44,285 nucleotides of DNA from a bacterium (GTDB lineage: Bacteria > Margulisbacteria > WOR-1 > O2-12-FULL-45-9 > XYB2-FULL-48-7): contig JBDRLW010000024.1 in assembly GCA_043812655.1 (NCBI GenBank), forward strand, positions 1 through 44,285, read 5' to 3'. A program made the position numbers and the translations under genes. Within the stretch, counting starts at the first letter, position 1; each line of letters begins with the position of its first letter. Positions 19,407 to 26,886 of this stretch are shown here, in pieces. The notes under the pieces are model-generated. The model searched no databases, was not told the DNA's origin, and saw only the letters and a list, made by a program, of their open reading frames with translations.

Positions 19407-19844
19407 TCATTGTATCGATAAAGTATCCTGCATCATCTTCTTAGTCGCGTTAAAAGCGGTAATATTGGCTTCATAAAGTTTGGAAACATAAACCATATCA
19501 ACCATCTCGGTAGAAAGATTCACGTTTGGCATTGAGACAAATCCACCGGCATCGGCATCGGGATGGCCAGGATTGTAAACCTTTTGGAACGGGGTATTAT
19601 CTTCAACAATATCAACCACCTCGACCCCGCCTGATTTTTCAGCCAAAGCCGCTTCCGCTTTAGATAATGATTCGCTAAAAGAGAGCGGTTTTTCTCCTAT
19701 GACGGAGACCAACCGCCGGTAAGGTCCGCCATTGGCCGTCCTGGTGGTATTGATATTGGCAAGGTTAGAAGAGATGAGTTCCATCGTCCGGCGCTGGGCT
19801 TCGATCCCATCAACACTGATCTCAAGTGCTTGGTTAAATCCCAT
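19407..19844 (-). CDS. flgC: Basal-body rod protein FlgC
   Basis: SSNLANINTT, GPYRR, YNPGHPDAD, PNVN, YEAN. Confidence 0.95.
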   Translation of the reverse strand: MGFNQALEISVDGIEAQRRTMELISSNLANINTTRTANGGPYRRLVSVIGEKPLSFSESLSKAEAALAEKSGGVEVVDIVEDNTPFQKVYNPGHPDADAGGFVSMPNVNLSTEMVDMVYVSKLYEANITAFNATKKMMQDTLSIQ

Positions 19845-19850
19845 TTAAAC

Positions 19851-20156
19851 TTACCTCCTTCCCTGCGTGGCGATCGTCCGCAGGACGTTGATCTTTGACG
19901 ACATCAGCTTAACCAGCGCGGAATACTTGATCGAGTTTTCGGTCAGCGCCGCTAACTCGTCTTCAAGCACCACTTGATTACGGTCAAGCCTTTTTTCCGC
20001 TTTCATTAATTCCTCATTAAATTCCAGCGGGACATACCCTGGTGTTTTGGCATTGGCAATATTCTGCGAGATGACCGCTTGCCGCCCGGTCGCGACCTGC
20101 ATCGATCTTTCCAGGTCGCCATAAGCCCCGTCAAACATTCCCACTTGTTCTATCAT
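19851..20156 (-). CDS. flgB: Basal-body rod protein FlgB (short, 101 aa)
   Basis: RQAVISQNIANAKTPGY; the ATG overlaps the sigma-factor stop. Confidence 0.88.
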   Translation of the reverse strand: MIEQVGMFDGAYGDLERSMQVATGRQAVISQNIANAKTPGYVPLEFNEELMKAEKRLDRNQVVLEDELAALTENSIKYSALVKLMSSKINVLRTIATQGRR

Positions 20157-20881
20157 AATTTTGTTTTCTTCTTTAAGAAGCCGACCGCCCGGTCGATCGT
20201 CCGGCAAACTTTAGGCCGCGACAACTTTAATTTTTCGGCAATGGTCTTCTGGTTCAAGCCTTTATGGAAAAAAAGCTCCACTATTTTTTTCTCGAGTGGC
20301 GGGAGCATTTGCACCGCCTGCCGGACTTTATCCTTAACTTCAGCAAAATCAGCCTCTGATTCAGGCGTTGACTCCCCAGTAACATCGGGTTCAAGCCCGC
20401 TCTCAGCCATCCCCTCAACCGATAACAAATACATCAAAGCTGAAGCGGAAACGACCTTCTTTATTCTTTTTAGGGCCAATTTGAATTCGTCTTCGGTCAG
20501 CTCCTTTTTCTCTAGCCTTTTTTCTTCTTCCTCAGCTACCTTCTCCCGCCTGACCATCCCCTTAACGCCCTTTTTCGCCAAATCCCTGACCATCACCTGG
20601 ACCCGGTAAGGGACAGGGCTATAATTTTTTAGCCCATCCAGCATTTCACCCCTAATGCGATAAGAGGCATAAGTTTCAAATTTAACGCCTCTCTTGGGAT
20701 CGAAGTTTTCCCAGGCTTTCATCATGCCGACCGTCCCATCGGAAACCAGATCATCGTATTCAATATTGGGAGGTAGTCCTTTGCCGGAAACCATCGAAGC
20801 GATCGAATGGACAAGCGGCATATAAGCCGCGACGGATGCCGGCAGCTTTTTATCGCTTACTCTCTTTTTCTGCGTCTTCAT
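20153..20881 (-). CDS. fliA: RNA polymerase sigma factor, FliA/WhiG (sigma-28) family
   Basis: PLVHSIA, DDLVSDG, FDPKRGVKFETYASYRIRGEMLD, and a region-4 HTH. Confidence 0.8.
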   Translation of the reverse strand: MKTQKKRVSDKKLPASVAAYMPLVHSIASMVSGKGLPPNIEYDDLVSDGTVGMMKAWENFDPKRGVKFETYASYRIRGEMLDGLKNYSPVPYRVQVMVRDLAKKGVKGMVRREKVAEEEEKRLEKKELTEDEFKLALKRIKKVVSASALMYLLSVEGMAESGLEPDVTGESTPESEADFAEVKDKVRQAVQMLPPLEKKIVELFFHKGLNQKTIAEKLKLSRPKVCRTIDRAVGFLKKKTKL

Positions 20882-21171
20882 TTAACCCCTTTGGCCAGCG
20901 CCAGCCACTGCGCGTTCATCATGGAATTTTTTGCCATCTGTTCAGCCAGCGTCCTGGCCATAAGTTCCGAGGTAAACGCCGCCGTAAAAGTGCTCCCTTG
21001 GTTCTCTTCATCATCTTGCATGCTAAGACTAGGCGCTTTAAAGACCTGCTTCAAAAGCTGTTCATAAAAAACCGCGATAAATTCTTCTTTAGCTTGGGCG
21101 GCAGAACGGGTATTCCCTGTCGGCACCACGTTCGCTGCCCCAAAATTCGGATTAACCGCCTGGATCTCCAT
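20878..21171 (-). CDS. flgJ: FlgJ-like rod-binding domain protein (no muramidase domain)
   Basis: EEFIAVFYEQLLKQVFK resembles the FlgJ N-terminal FEa.F motif; follows flgI. Confidence 0.6.
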   Translation of the reverse strand: MEIQAVNPNFGAANVVPTGNTRSAAQAKEEFIAVFYEQLLKQVFKAPSLSMQDDEENQGSTFTAAFTSELMARTLAEQMAKNSMMNAQWLALAKGVK

Positions 21172-22322
21172 TAAATGACCTCCAGCTCGGCTTTGATCGC
21201 GCCGCTCTTTTTCATCGCCTGCAAGATCGCGATCAGGTCTTTTGGTGAGGCGCCCATCGCGTTCAAGGCGCGGACCAGCGCCGGTAAATTGGCCGAACTT
21301 GGCACATAGGTTAATTTACCTTCGTCTTTTTTCAACTTGGCTTTGGTTGACGCCCTAAGCATCGTATCCCCTTCGTCGTTCTCTATCCCTGTCCCTTCTG
21401 AATAAAGCGAAATATCGCCGATAAAGACATCGATCCCGCCATAAGAGACAGCCACTGGAGCGATCCTGACATTCTCACCGATCACGATCGTCCCGGTCCG
21501 TTCGTTAACCACGATCTTCGCCACGGTATCCGGACTAATAGCCAGGTTTTCCACCTCGGAGATCAGAGAAACTAGGTCGCTTTCACCGACCATAACGGTT
21601 ACAGTCCCCGCGTCTTTAGCGTCGGCCTCCAATCCATTCTTCCTGATCATTTCGACCACCCTATTGGCGGTCGTAAAATCGGGATCATCAAGAACGATCG
21701 TAATTGTCCCCTTATCTTCCAATGTAACCGGAACTTCTTTTTCAACTAAAGCTCCGCCCGGGATCCTTCCAGCCGTCACTTGCCTTTGGCGGACATAAGG
21801 GACATTGGGAAATGAAGACTCGGCCCCGACCAAAACACTCCCTTGCGCTACAGCGTAAACCTGGTCGTCGGCCGCTTGCAGCGTGGTCATCAGCAGGGTC
21901 CCTTCCTGGAGCGAAGTCGCGTCGCCAACCGATGAAACGGTCACATCGATCTTCTGGCCCGGTTTAACGAACGGCGGCAGGGTGGCAGTAACCATGACCG
22001 CCGCGACATTGCGCGATTTAAAATCAACTGTTTGGGGGACAACACCCATCCTTGATAAAAGATTGGTCAGCGCCTGCTGGGTAAAGCCGGTTTGTCTCCG
22101 ATCGCCGGTGTTATGCAAACCGACCACCAAACCAAACCCCATGATCTGGTTGTCTCGCGCCCCCTGGATATGGGCAATGTCTTTTATCCTAGCCGAAGGC
22201 GAAGCCGCAAAAGACAAATCACAAGCACCAAATAACAAACAAACAATAAATATCAAATATCTAATATTTTTATTTTTTTGGTCTTGAGATTTGTTTGTTA
22301 TTTGTAATTTGTTTTTTGTCAT
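21171..22322 (-). CDS. flgI: P-ring protein FlgI
   Basis: ARIKDIA, NQIMGFGLVVGLHNTGD, NVAAVMVTA, NERTGTIVIG, GAIKAELEVI. Confidence 0.95.
   Translation of the reverse strand: MTKNKLQITNKSQDQKNKNIRYLIFIVCLLFGACDLSFAASPSARIKDIAHIQGARDNQIMGFGLVVGLHNTGDRRQTGFTQQALTNLLSRMGVVPQTVDFKSRNVAAVMVTATLPPFVKPGQKIDVTVSSVGDATSLQEGTLLMTTLQAADDQVYAVAQGSVLVGAESSFPNVPYVRQRQVTAGRIPGGALVEKEVPVTLEDKGTITIVLDDPDFTTANRVVEMIRKNGLEADAKDAGTVTVMVGESDLVSLISEVENLAISPDTVAKIVVNERTGTIVIGENVRIAPVAVSYGGIDVFIGDISLYSEGTGIENDEGDTMLRASTKAKLKKDEGKLTYVPSSANLPALVRALNAMGASPKDLIAILQAMKKSGAIKAELEVI
22211..22322. repeat. Inverted-repeat element encoding the FlgI signal peptide
   Basis: mRNA sense: ACAAATTACAAATAACAAACAAATC ... TTGTTTGTTTGTTATTTGGTGCTTGTGATTTGT; same family as 744-780/1277-1325. 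Confidence 0.8.
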
Positions 22323-22333
22323 TTTAATTCCTA

Positions 22334-22981
22334 TTAGAAGATCCAATTGAATATCCGGGTGATCCAACCCGGCGAACTTGCGTCAGCCACCGCGCCTGAA
22401 CCTTTGACCGCCAGGTCAGCATTGGCGACTTGGTAAGAAAAGATCGTATTGGCTCCGCTAATATCTTTTGGCCGCACGATCCCGGTTAGGATTATTTCAT
22501 GGGTTTCATTATTGACCTTCACTTTGTGTTGGCCTTTGATCTCTAGGTTCCCATTCGGAAAGACATCGGTAACCCAGGCGGAAATACGGGAAGTAACATT
22601 GCTTCCCTGGCTGGTTGATCCATCACCAGAATATTTATTTGAAACATTGCCGGCTATTGAATTATTGGTGCCAATGATCGGCGCCAGCCGCTGGATCGTA
22701 TGGGTCAGCTTGGCGCTCAAATCATCGCTAACATTGGTCTTTGTATTGGCCAAGTTCTTAGCCGAAGAATTTTCTACAATAATAATGTTAATGATATCCC
22801 CGACCTTATAGGCTTTTTGCGTCGAATACGGCGACGCGCTGTCGGAGTTCCAGATGGAATCCGCCTGGGCGGCGAATAATGACAAATGACAAATGACAAA
22901 TGACAAATTAAGGAATAAAATAATTATCTTATATCGCGCAGCGATACCACCATTTGACATTTGACATTTGACATTGGTCAT
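22334..22981 (-). CDS. flgH: L-ring protein FlgH
   Basis: KAYKVGDIINIIIVE, PNGNLEIKG, LTGIVRPKDI, PGWITRIFNWIF. Confidence 0.93.
   Translation of the reverse strand: MTNVKCQMSNGGIAARYKIIILFLNLSFVICHLSLFAAQADSIWNSDSASPYSTQKAYKVGDIINIIIVENSSAKNLANTKTNVSDDLSAKLTHTIQRLAPIIGTNNSIAGNVSNKYSGDGSTSQGSNVTSRISAWVTDVFPNGNLEIKGQHKVKVNNETHEIILTGIVRPKDISGANTIFSYQVANADLAVKGSGAVADASSPGWITRIFNWIF
22878..22981. repeat. Heptamer inverted repeat encoding the FlgH N-terminus
   Basis: (AATGACA)x4 at 22878-22905 faces (CATTTGA)x3 at 22951-22971. Confidence 0.85.
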
Positions 22982-23835
22982 TCTATGATTACCTCCACAT
23001 CACCGGCTGTTTTTACTTTTGCTGTTATTATTTTTTTTGAGTCTTTCCGACTGACTTTAATTAAAGAATCCAGATAACCATCTTCAATTGCCACGCCCCT
23101 TGATTTTACTTTAATTCCCGGGGCAATAGCAATGATATTTAATTCAGCCCCGCGCCTAATAAGCGGCTGTTCGCCAGCCATCCAGTTAAAAACCGTGCTA
23201 CCAGCGGGAATAGAAAGCTTGGCCTCTTTGCCAATTATAGAATTTGTGTTCACAAAATATTTTTGCGGTAAAAGGGCGACATCCCTGTTCTCTATTTTAA
23301 GGTCTTCACTGCCGATCATTTTCCCCTGTTTGATCTTTTTTGCGGCCACTACAACTCCCCGTAGGATCTCAACCTTTGCCCTGATCAAAACTTTGGTTGT
23401 CTCTTCACCTGTTTTTATTTGGATCGGGAAGATCGCCGCCCCTACCCCTTTGATCTCGGGATACCCTTCCAATATCTTGAATTGAGTTTTTTTATCGAGT
23501 TTTCGCAAGTTATTAAAAATATTTTCAGCCATCTTAAAATTCACTTTTACCTCGTCTTTCTTATACCCGGGGTTTTTAGCCACCACATATGTTTTGATCA
23601 GGTCCGTCAGCTTCTGCTCGGGATCATCGAGCGCTTGCGCACTAAATGACAAATTACAAGCACCAAATAGCAAAATTAGAAATAAAAGGAATCGTTTATT
23701 ATTCCCCTCACCCGACAGGCAAAAGCCTTGCACCCTCTCCCAAAGGGAGAGGGTGGTCTCCCTGTTAATCACCCCTCTCCCTCTGGGAGAGGGGCTGGGG
23801 GTGAGGGCTTTAGGTTTTAATACGTCATTAGTCAT
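22978..23835 (-). CDS. flgA: P-ring chaperone FlgA
   Basis: SAF domain VVVAAKKIKQGKMI, LIRRG, GVAIEDG; position between flgG and flgH. Confidence 0.85.
   Translation of the reverse strand: MTNDVLKPKALTPSPSPRGRGVINRETTLSLWERVQGFCLSGEGNNKRFLLFLILLFGACNLSFSAQALDDPEQKLTDLIKTYVVAKNPGYKKDEVKVNFKMAENIFNNLRKLDKKTQFKILEGYPEIKGVGAAIFPIQIKTGEETTKVLIRAKVEILRGVVVAAKKIKQGKMIGSEDLKIENRDVALLPQKYFVNTNSIIGKEAKLSIPAGSTVFNWMAGEQPLIRRGAELNIIAIAPGIKVKSRGVAIEDGYLDSLIKVSRKDSKKIITAKVKTAGDVEVIIE
23705..23807. repeat. GC-rich REP-like double palindrome inserted in the flgA 5' region
   Basis: CCCTCACCC...CCCTCTCCCAAAGGGAGAGGG and the inverted unit CCCTCTCCCTCTGGGAGAGGGGCTGGGGGTGAGGG. Confidence 0.85.
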
Positions 23836-23838
23836 TTA

Positions 23839-24636
23839 TTATTGCTTCATCCTTTCCAGCGACGTCAGCATCGCTTCGTAACTGGCAACCGACTTAGTTA
23901 CCGTATCAAAAACCCTTTGGACCATGACCATCTTCATCATTTCAGAAATAACGTCGACGTTGCTCCCTTCGGTTGAATACTGGTTGATCGTCCCAAAGCC
24001 ATCAGAACCGGCTGTCCCGATTACCGCCTGGCCGGAAGCCTCTGTCGCCTGGTAAAGGTTTTGGCCAGCCGATTTCAAGCCGGCCGGGTTGGTAAACCGG
24101 GCCAATGAAATTTGCCCGATTTCAGTTAAACTATTCTCATTATTGACCGCGACCATAACTATGCCATCTTGCCTGATTGTGACGGTTGTTGTCCCTTCCG
24201 GGATCCTTATCCCTGGATCAAGCAAGCGGCCGTTAGGATCAACCAAATTCCCTTCATTATCAAGGTGGAAATTACCGGCCCGGCCGTAAGCGGCAGTCCC
24301 ATCTGCCATTTTAAATTGCAAAAAACCCTCGCCTTGAATAGCGATATCGAGCGGGTTATTGGTCACTTCGATCGATCCTTGCGAAAAATCTTTGGTCGTA
24401 GCGGCGACCCGAACACCTGTCCCATATTCCACTTGGACCGGCGCCGGCTCGGTATTCGCGATCGCGTCGCTTAAAACATCTTTAAAGCTTCTTTCTACAT
24501 AAAAAAGGCTTTCCATTTCGGACCGGCTTTTCTTGAACGCCACTGTCTTGGCATTGGCCAGATCGTTGGTGATATTTAAGATCTCCTGCTGCATCGCATC
24601 AAGACCGGTCGCCGCGACATATAATGGTTGGAACAT
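23839..24636 (-). CDS. flgG: Distal rod protein FlgG
   Basis: AATG, NDLANAKT, GTGVRVAAT, LDIAIQGEGF, GQNLY, EGSNVD. Confidence 0.93.
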   Translation of the reverse strand: MFQPLYVAATGLDAMQQEILNITNDLANAKTVAFKKSRSEMESLFYVERSFKDVLSDAIANTEPAPVQVEYGTGVRVAATTKDFSQGSIEVTNNPLDIAIQGEGFLQFKMADGTAAYGRAGNFHLDNEGNLVDPNGRLLDPGIRIPEGTTTVTIRQDGIVMVAVNNENSLTEIGQISLARFTNPAGLKSAGQNLYQATEASGQAVIGTAGSDGFGTINQYSTEGSNVDVISEMMKMVMVQRVFDTVTKSVASYEAMLTSLERMKQ

Positions 24637-24649
24637 ATTTTTCTCCTTT

Positions 24650-24672
24650 GCACCCCGAGCTTGTCGAGGGGC
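24650..24672. repeat. Short REP-like hairpin between flgF and flgG
   Basis: GCACCCCGAGCTTGTCGAGGGGC. Confidence 0.55.
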
Positions 24673-25409
24673 TATTGGGTCGGTTTACCCAGTTCCATCG
24701 CCCGCGATAACATCGCGTCACGGTTGGAAACTAGTTTGGTATCAAAATTATAGGTCCGTTCCAGCAGGATCATTTCCATCATCTTTTCGACTTCATTGAC
24801 GTTAGATGATTCAATATATCCCTGGATCACTCTTGGTACTTCAACTTCCTGCAGAACGGAGTATGGGTCCTTTCTTTTAAAGATCGCGCCGTTAAGCGTT
24901 TCCAAAACACTTTTGCCTTCCGGCACGACTACCTGGAGCTGGTCAATGACAACTTTATCAACCTTGATCTCTCCGCTTTGGGTAAATTCAACCTCGGCTC
25001 CCGGGGTCACCACGATCGGCCCGCTTTTCCCCATGACCGGGTAATTGCCCGCGATGGTCACAAGCCTGCCATCTCTATCAAGCTGGAAGCGGCCGTCCCT
25101 GGTATAACCATCGCCCCACGGCCCGGCGATCACAAAATAGCCGTCACCCGCCAAAGCTAGATCGAGCGGACTGTTCGTTTTTATCAAAGCCCCTTGGACA
25201 TCGCTAATATAAGAGCCTTCCACTTGCGGTTTAACGGGGTCTAATTTTTGTTGAGCTGCTTCAAGCTCTAGAGGGAAGCCGCGGACAATGACGCCAGATT
25301 CTTTAAAGCCTGGCACCTGGGAGTTAACGATGCTCTCCATCATTTTTCTGACCTTCTGGTCAGTTGACTCTAGGCCGGCTTGTCCGATCTCCAAAATGCG
25401 GTCGGTCAT
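24672..25409 (-). CDS. flgF: Rod protein FlgF (FlgE/F/G family)
   Basis: PGFK, LDLALAGDGYF, YTRDGRF, QGYIESSNVN. Confidence 0.88.
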   Translation of the reverse strand: MTDRILEIGQAGLESTDQKVRKMMESIVNSQVPGFKESGVIVRGFPLELEAAQQKLDPVKPQVEGSYISDVQGALIKTNSPLDLALAGDGYFVIAGPWGDGYTRDGRFQLDRDGRLVTIAGNYPVMGKSGPIVVTPGAEVEFTQSGEIKVDKVVIDQLQVVVPEGKSVLETLNGAIFKRKDPYSVLQEVEVPRVIQGYIESSNVNEVEKMMEMILLERTYNFDTKLVSNRDAMLSRAMELGKPTQ

Positions 25410-25418
25410 TGTGAAAAA

Positions 25419-25447
25419 ATTATATGCTCACCACGCTCGGTTGTCAA
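25419..25447 (-). promoter_or_regulatory. Perfect-consensus sigma-70 promoter for the flagellar operon
   Basis: TTGACA (25447-25442)-N17-TATAAT (25424-25419); 9 nt between the -10 and the flgF ATG. Confidence 0.8.
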
Positions 25448-25462
25448 CCAAAATATTAGTGG

Positions 25463-25795
25463 TTAAGAGACTTTTGAACCGGACGGAATTTCTTTGTCCG
25501 GAATAATTACAGCCAAAGCAGTTTTATCTTCATTTGACGCCGCTAAGATCATCCCGTGGGAGGTAACGCCTTTAATGGCTCGCGGTTCTAAATTGGCCAG
25601 CATGATTATTTTTTTCCCAATTAAGCTTTCTTTTTCGTAATGGGCTTTAATTCCCGCGACCAATTCCCTGGTCTCCGCGCCAATTTCCACTTGCAATTTA
25701 TATAGCCGGTCGGCTCCCGGGATCTCTTCCGCGGCCTTTATTTCGGCGACCCGGAGATCAAGTTTTTTAAATTCGTCAAAAGTAATATTGTCCAT
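25463..25795 (-). CDS. tRNA-binding OB-fold protein (MetRS C-terminal/CsaA/Trbp111-like)
   Basis: ITFDEFKKLDLRVA, ADRL, LVAGI, NLEPR, SHGMILAA. Confidence 0.92.
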   Translation of the reverse strand: MDNITFDEFKKLDLRVAEIKAAEEIPGADRLYKLQVEIGAETRELVAGIKAHYEKESLIGKKIIMLANLEPRAIKGVTSHGMILAASNEDKTALAVIIPDKEIPSGSKVS

Positions 25796-26871
25796 TAGTT
25801 TGTCAGCAATTCCGGCTGGACCTCGCCGCCCGCTTCGCCGGCAGTTATTTTGTAAATATCTTTGTCTATTTTGCCAAACTCTTTATACGACGCGTTATAC
25901 TGATTGACCGCCGTCCCCAGCGTCCCGCCCAGCTTTTGCATATGGGATTCATAATTAACTAAATGTTTTGACAGCTCGCCGACTTTTTTGATGATCTCTT
26001 TGACATTTTCTTCCATCTGCAGAGCTTTTAAACCGTGCAAGACAGTTTCAAGGTAAGCGAAAAATGAGGTTGGCGACACAATAATGACATGTTTTTTGAA
26101 AGCATATTCGATCAAGTCTTGCGACGAGATCTCGATCGTCCCGACTTTGTAGATCAAAAGATTATAATATATCCCTTCGGCCGGGATGAACATAAAAGCA
26201 AAGTCGGTCGTATTTTCGAGCGGCCGGATATATTTTGAGGTCTCATCGATCCGGTTCTTAAGATCGAGCCGGAATTCTTTTTCGAGCTGGGTTCGCGCCG
26301 CTTCAGCCGTTTCTTCCATGATCTTGTTATATTTTTCAAGCGAAAACTTGGCATCGACCGGGATGATCTTATCGCGGTAGAAGATCGCCGCGTCAACGAT
26401 CTCGCCGTTCTTGAACTTATACTGCATCTTATACTGGCCGGGAGCCAAGACATTCCCCAGCATTGTTTCCAGGAAATACTCGCCCAATATCCCCCGCTGT
26501 TTCGGGTTCTTTAAAATATTCTCGAGGCTTTGCAATTTGCCGGAAAAATCAAGGACCTGTTTATTAGTTTCATCCAGTTTAGTTAGTTTTTCCGTCACCT
26601 CTTTGATGATGCCGGCGCTCTGCATGAATTGCCGCTGGATCACTTGCGAAGAATCGCTTAGCCCTTTAAATAATTGGTCACTGATCTTCGATAAGTTTTC
26701 TTGGATCTCCTGGCGATGCTTATTGGAGCTTTCGCTCACTTCCCGCCGCAGGTTCTCGACAACTTCAAGCATCAGCTGTTGCGAACTATCGGCTTTCGGT
26801 TTATTGAACACCAGGATCGCCCCGATCGCTACCAAAAGGAAAATGACCAGGATCAATAATATTATTTCCAT
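25795..26871 (-). CDS. rmuC: DNA recombination protein RmuC
   Basis: N-terminal TM plus coiled coil; KNPKQRGILGE, VDAKF, TTDFAFMFIPAEG. Confidence 0.93.
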   Translation of the reverse strand: MEIILLILVIFLLVAIGAILVFNKPKADSSQQLMLEVVENLRREVSESSNKHRQEIQENLSKISDQLFKGLSDSSQVIQRQFMQSAGIIKEVTEKLTKLDETNKQVLDFSGKLQSLENILKNPKQRGILGEYFLETMLGNVLAPGQYKMQYKFKNGEIVDAAIFYRDKIIPVDAKFSLEKYNKIMEETAEAARTQLEKEFRLDLKNRIDETSKYIRPLENTTDFAFMFIPAEGIYYNLLIYKVGTIEISSQDLIEYAFKKHVIIVSPTSFFAYLETVLHGLKALQMEENVKEIIKKVGELSKHLVNYESHMQKLGGTLGTAVNQYNASYKEFGKIDKDIYKITAGEAGGEVQPELLTN

Positions 26872-26886
26872 AGTGGAGAAATTATA

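Noticed and set aside
22211..22240. LLFGAC in FlgI/FlgA as a lipoprotein lipobox
   Set aside because: Poor match to [LVI][ASTVI][GAS]C; these families are not lipoproteins, and the Cys derives from the repeat sequence.
22322..22367. Longer starts given for flgI (22367), flgB (20207), rpmB (12532) and udg (1338)
   Set aside because: They overlap upstream genes or promoters; downstream ATGs fit homology and coupling better.
14570..25506. Long plus-strand ORFs opposite the flagellar genes (e.g. 15462..16085, 18064..18747)
   Set aside because: Antisense frames of conserved genes with no recognisable motifs or SD.
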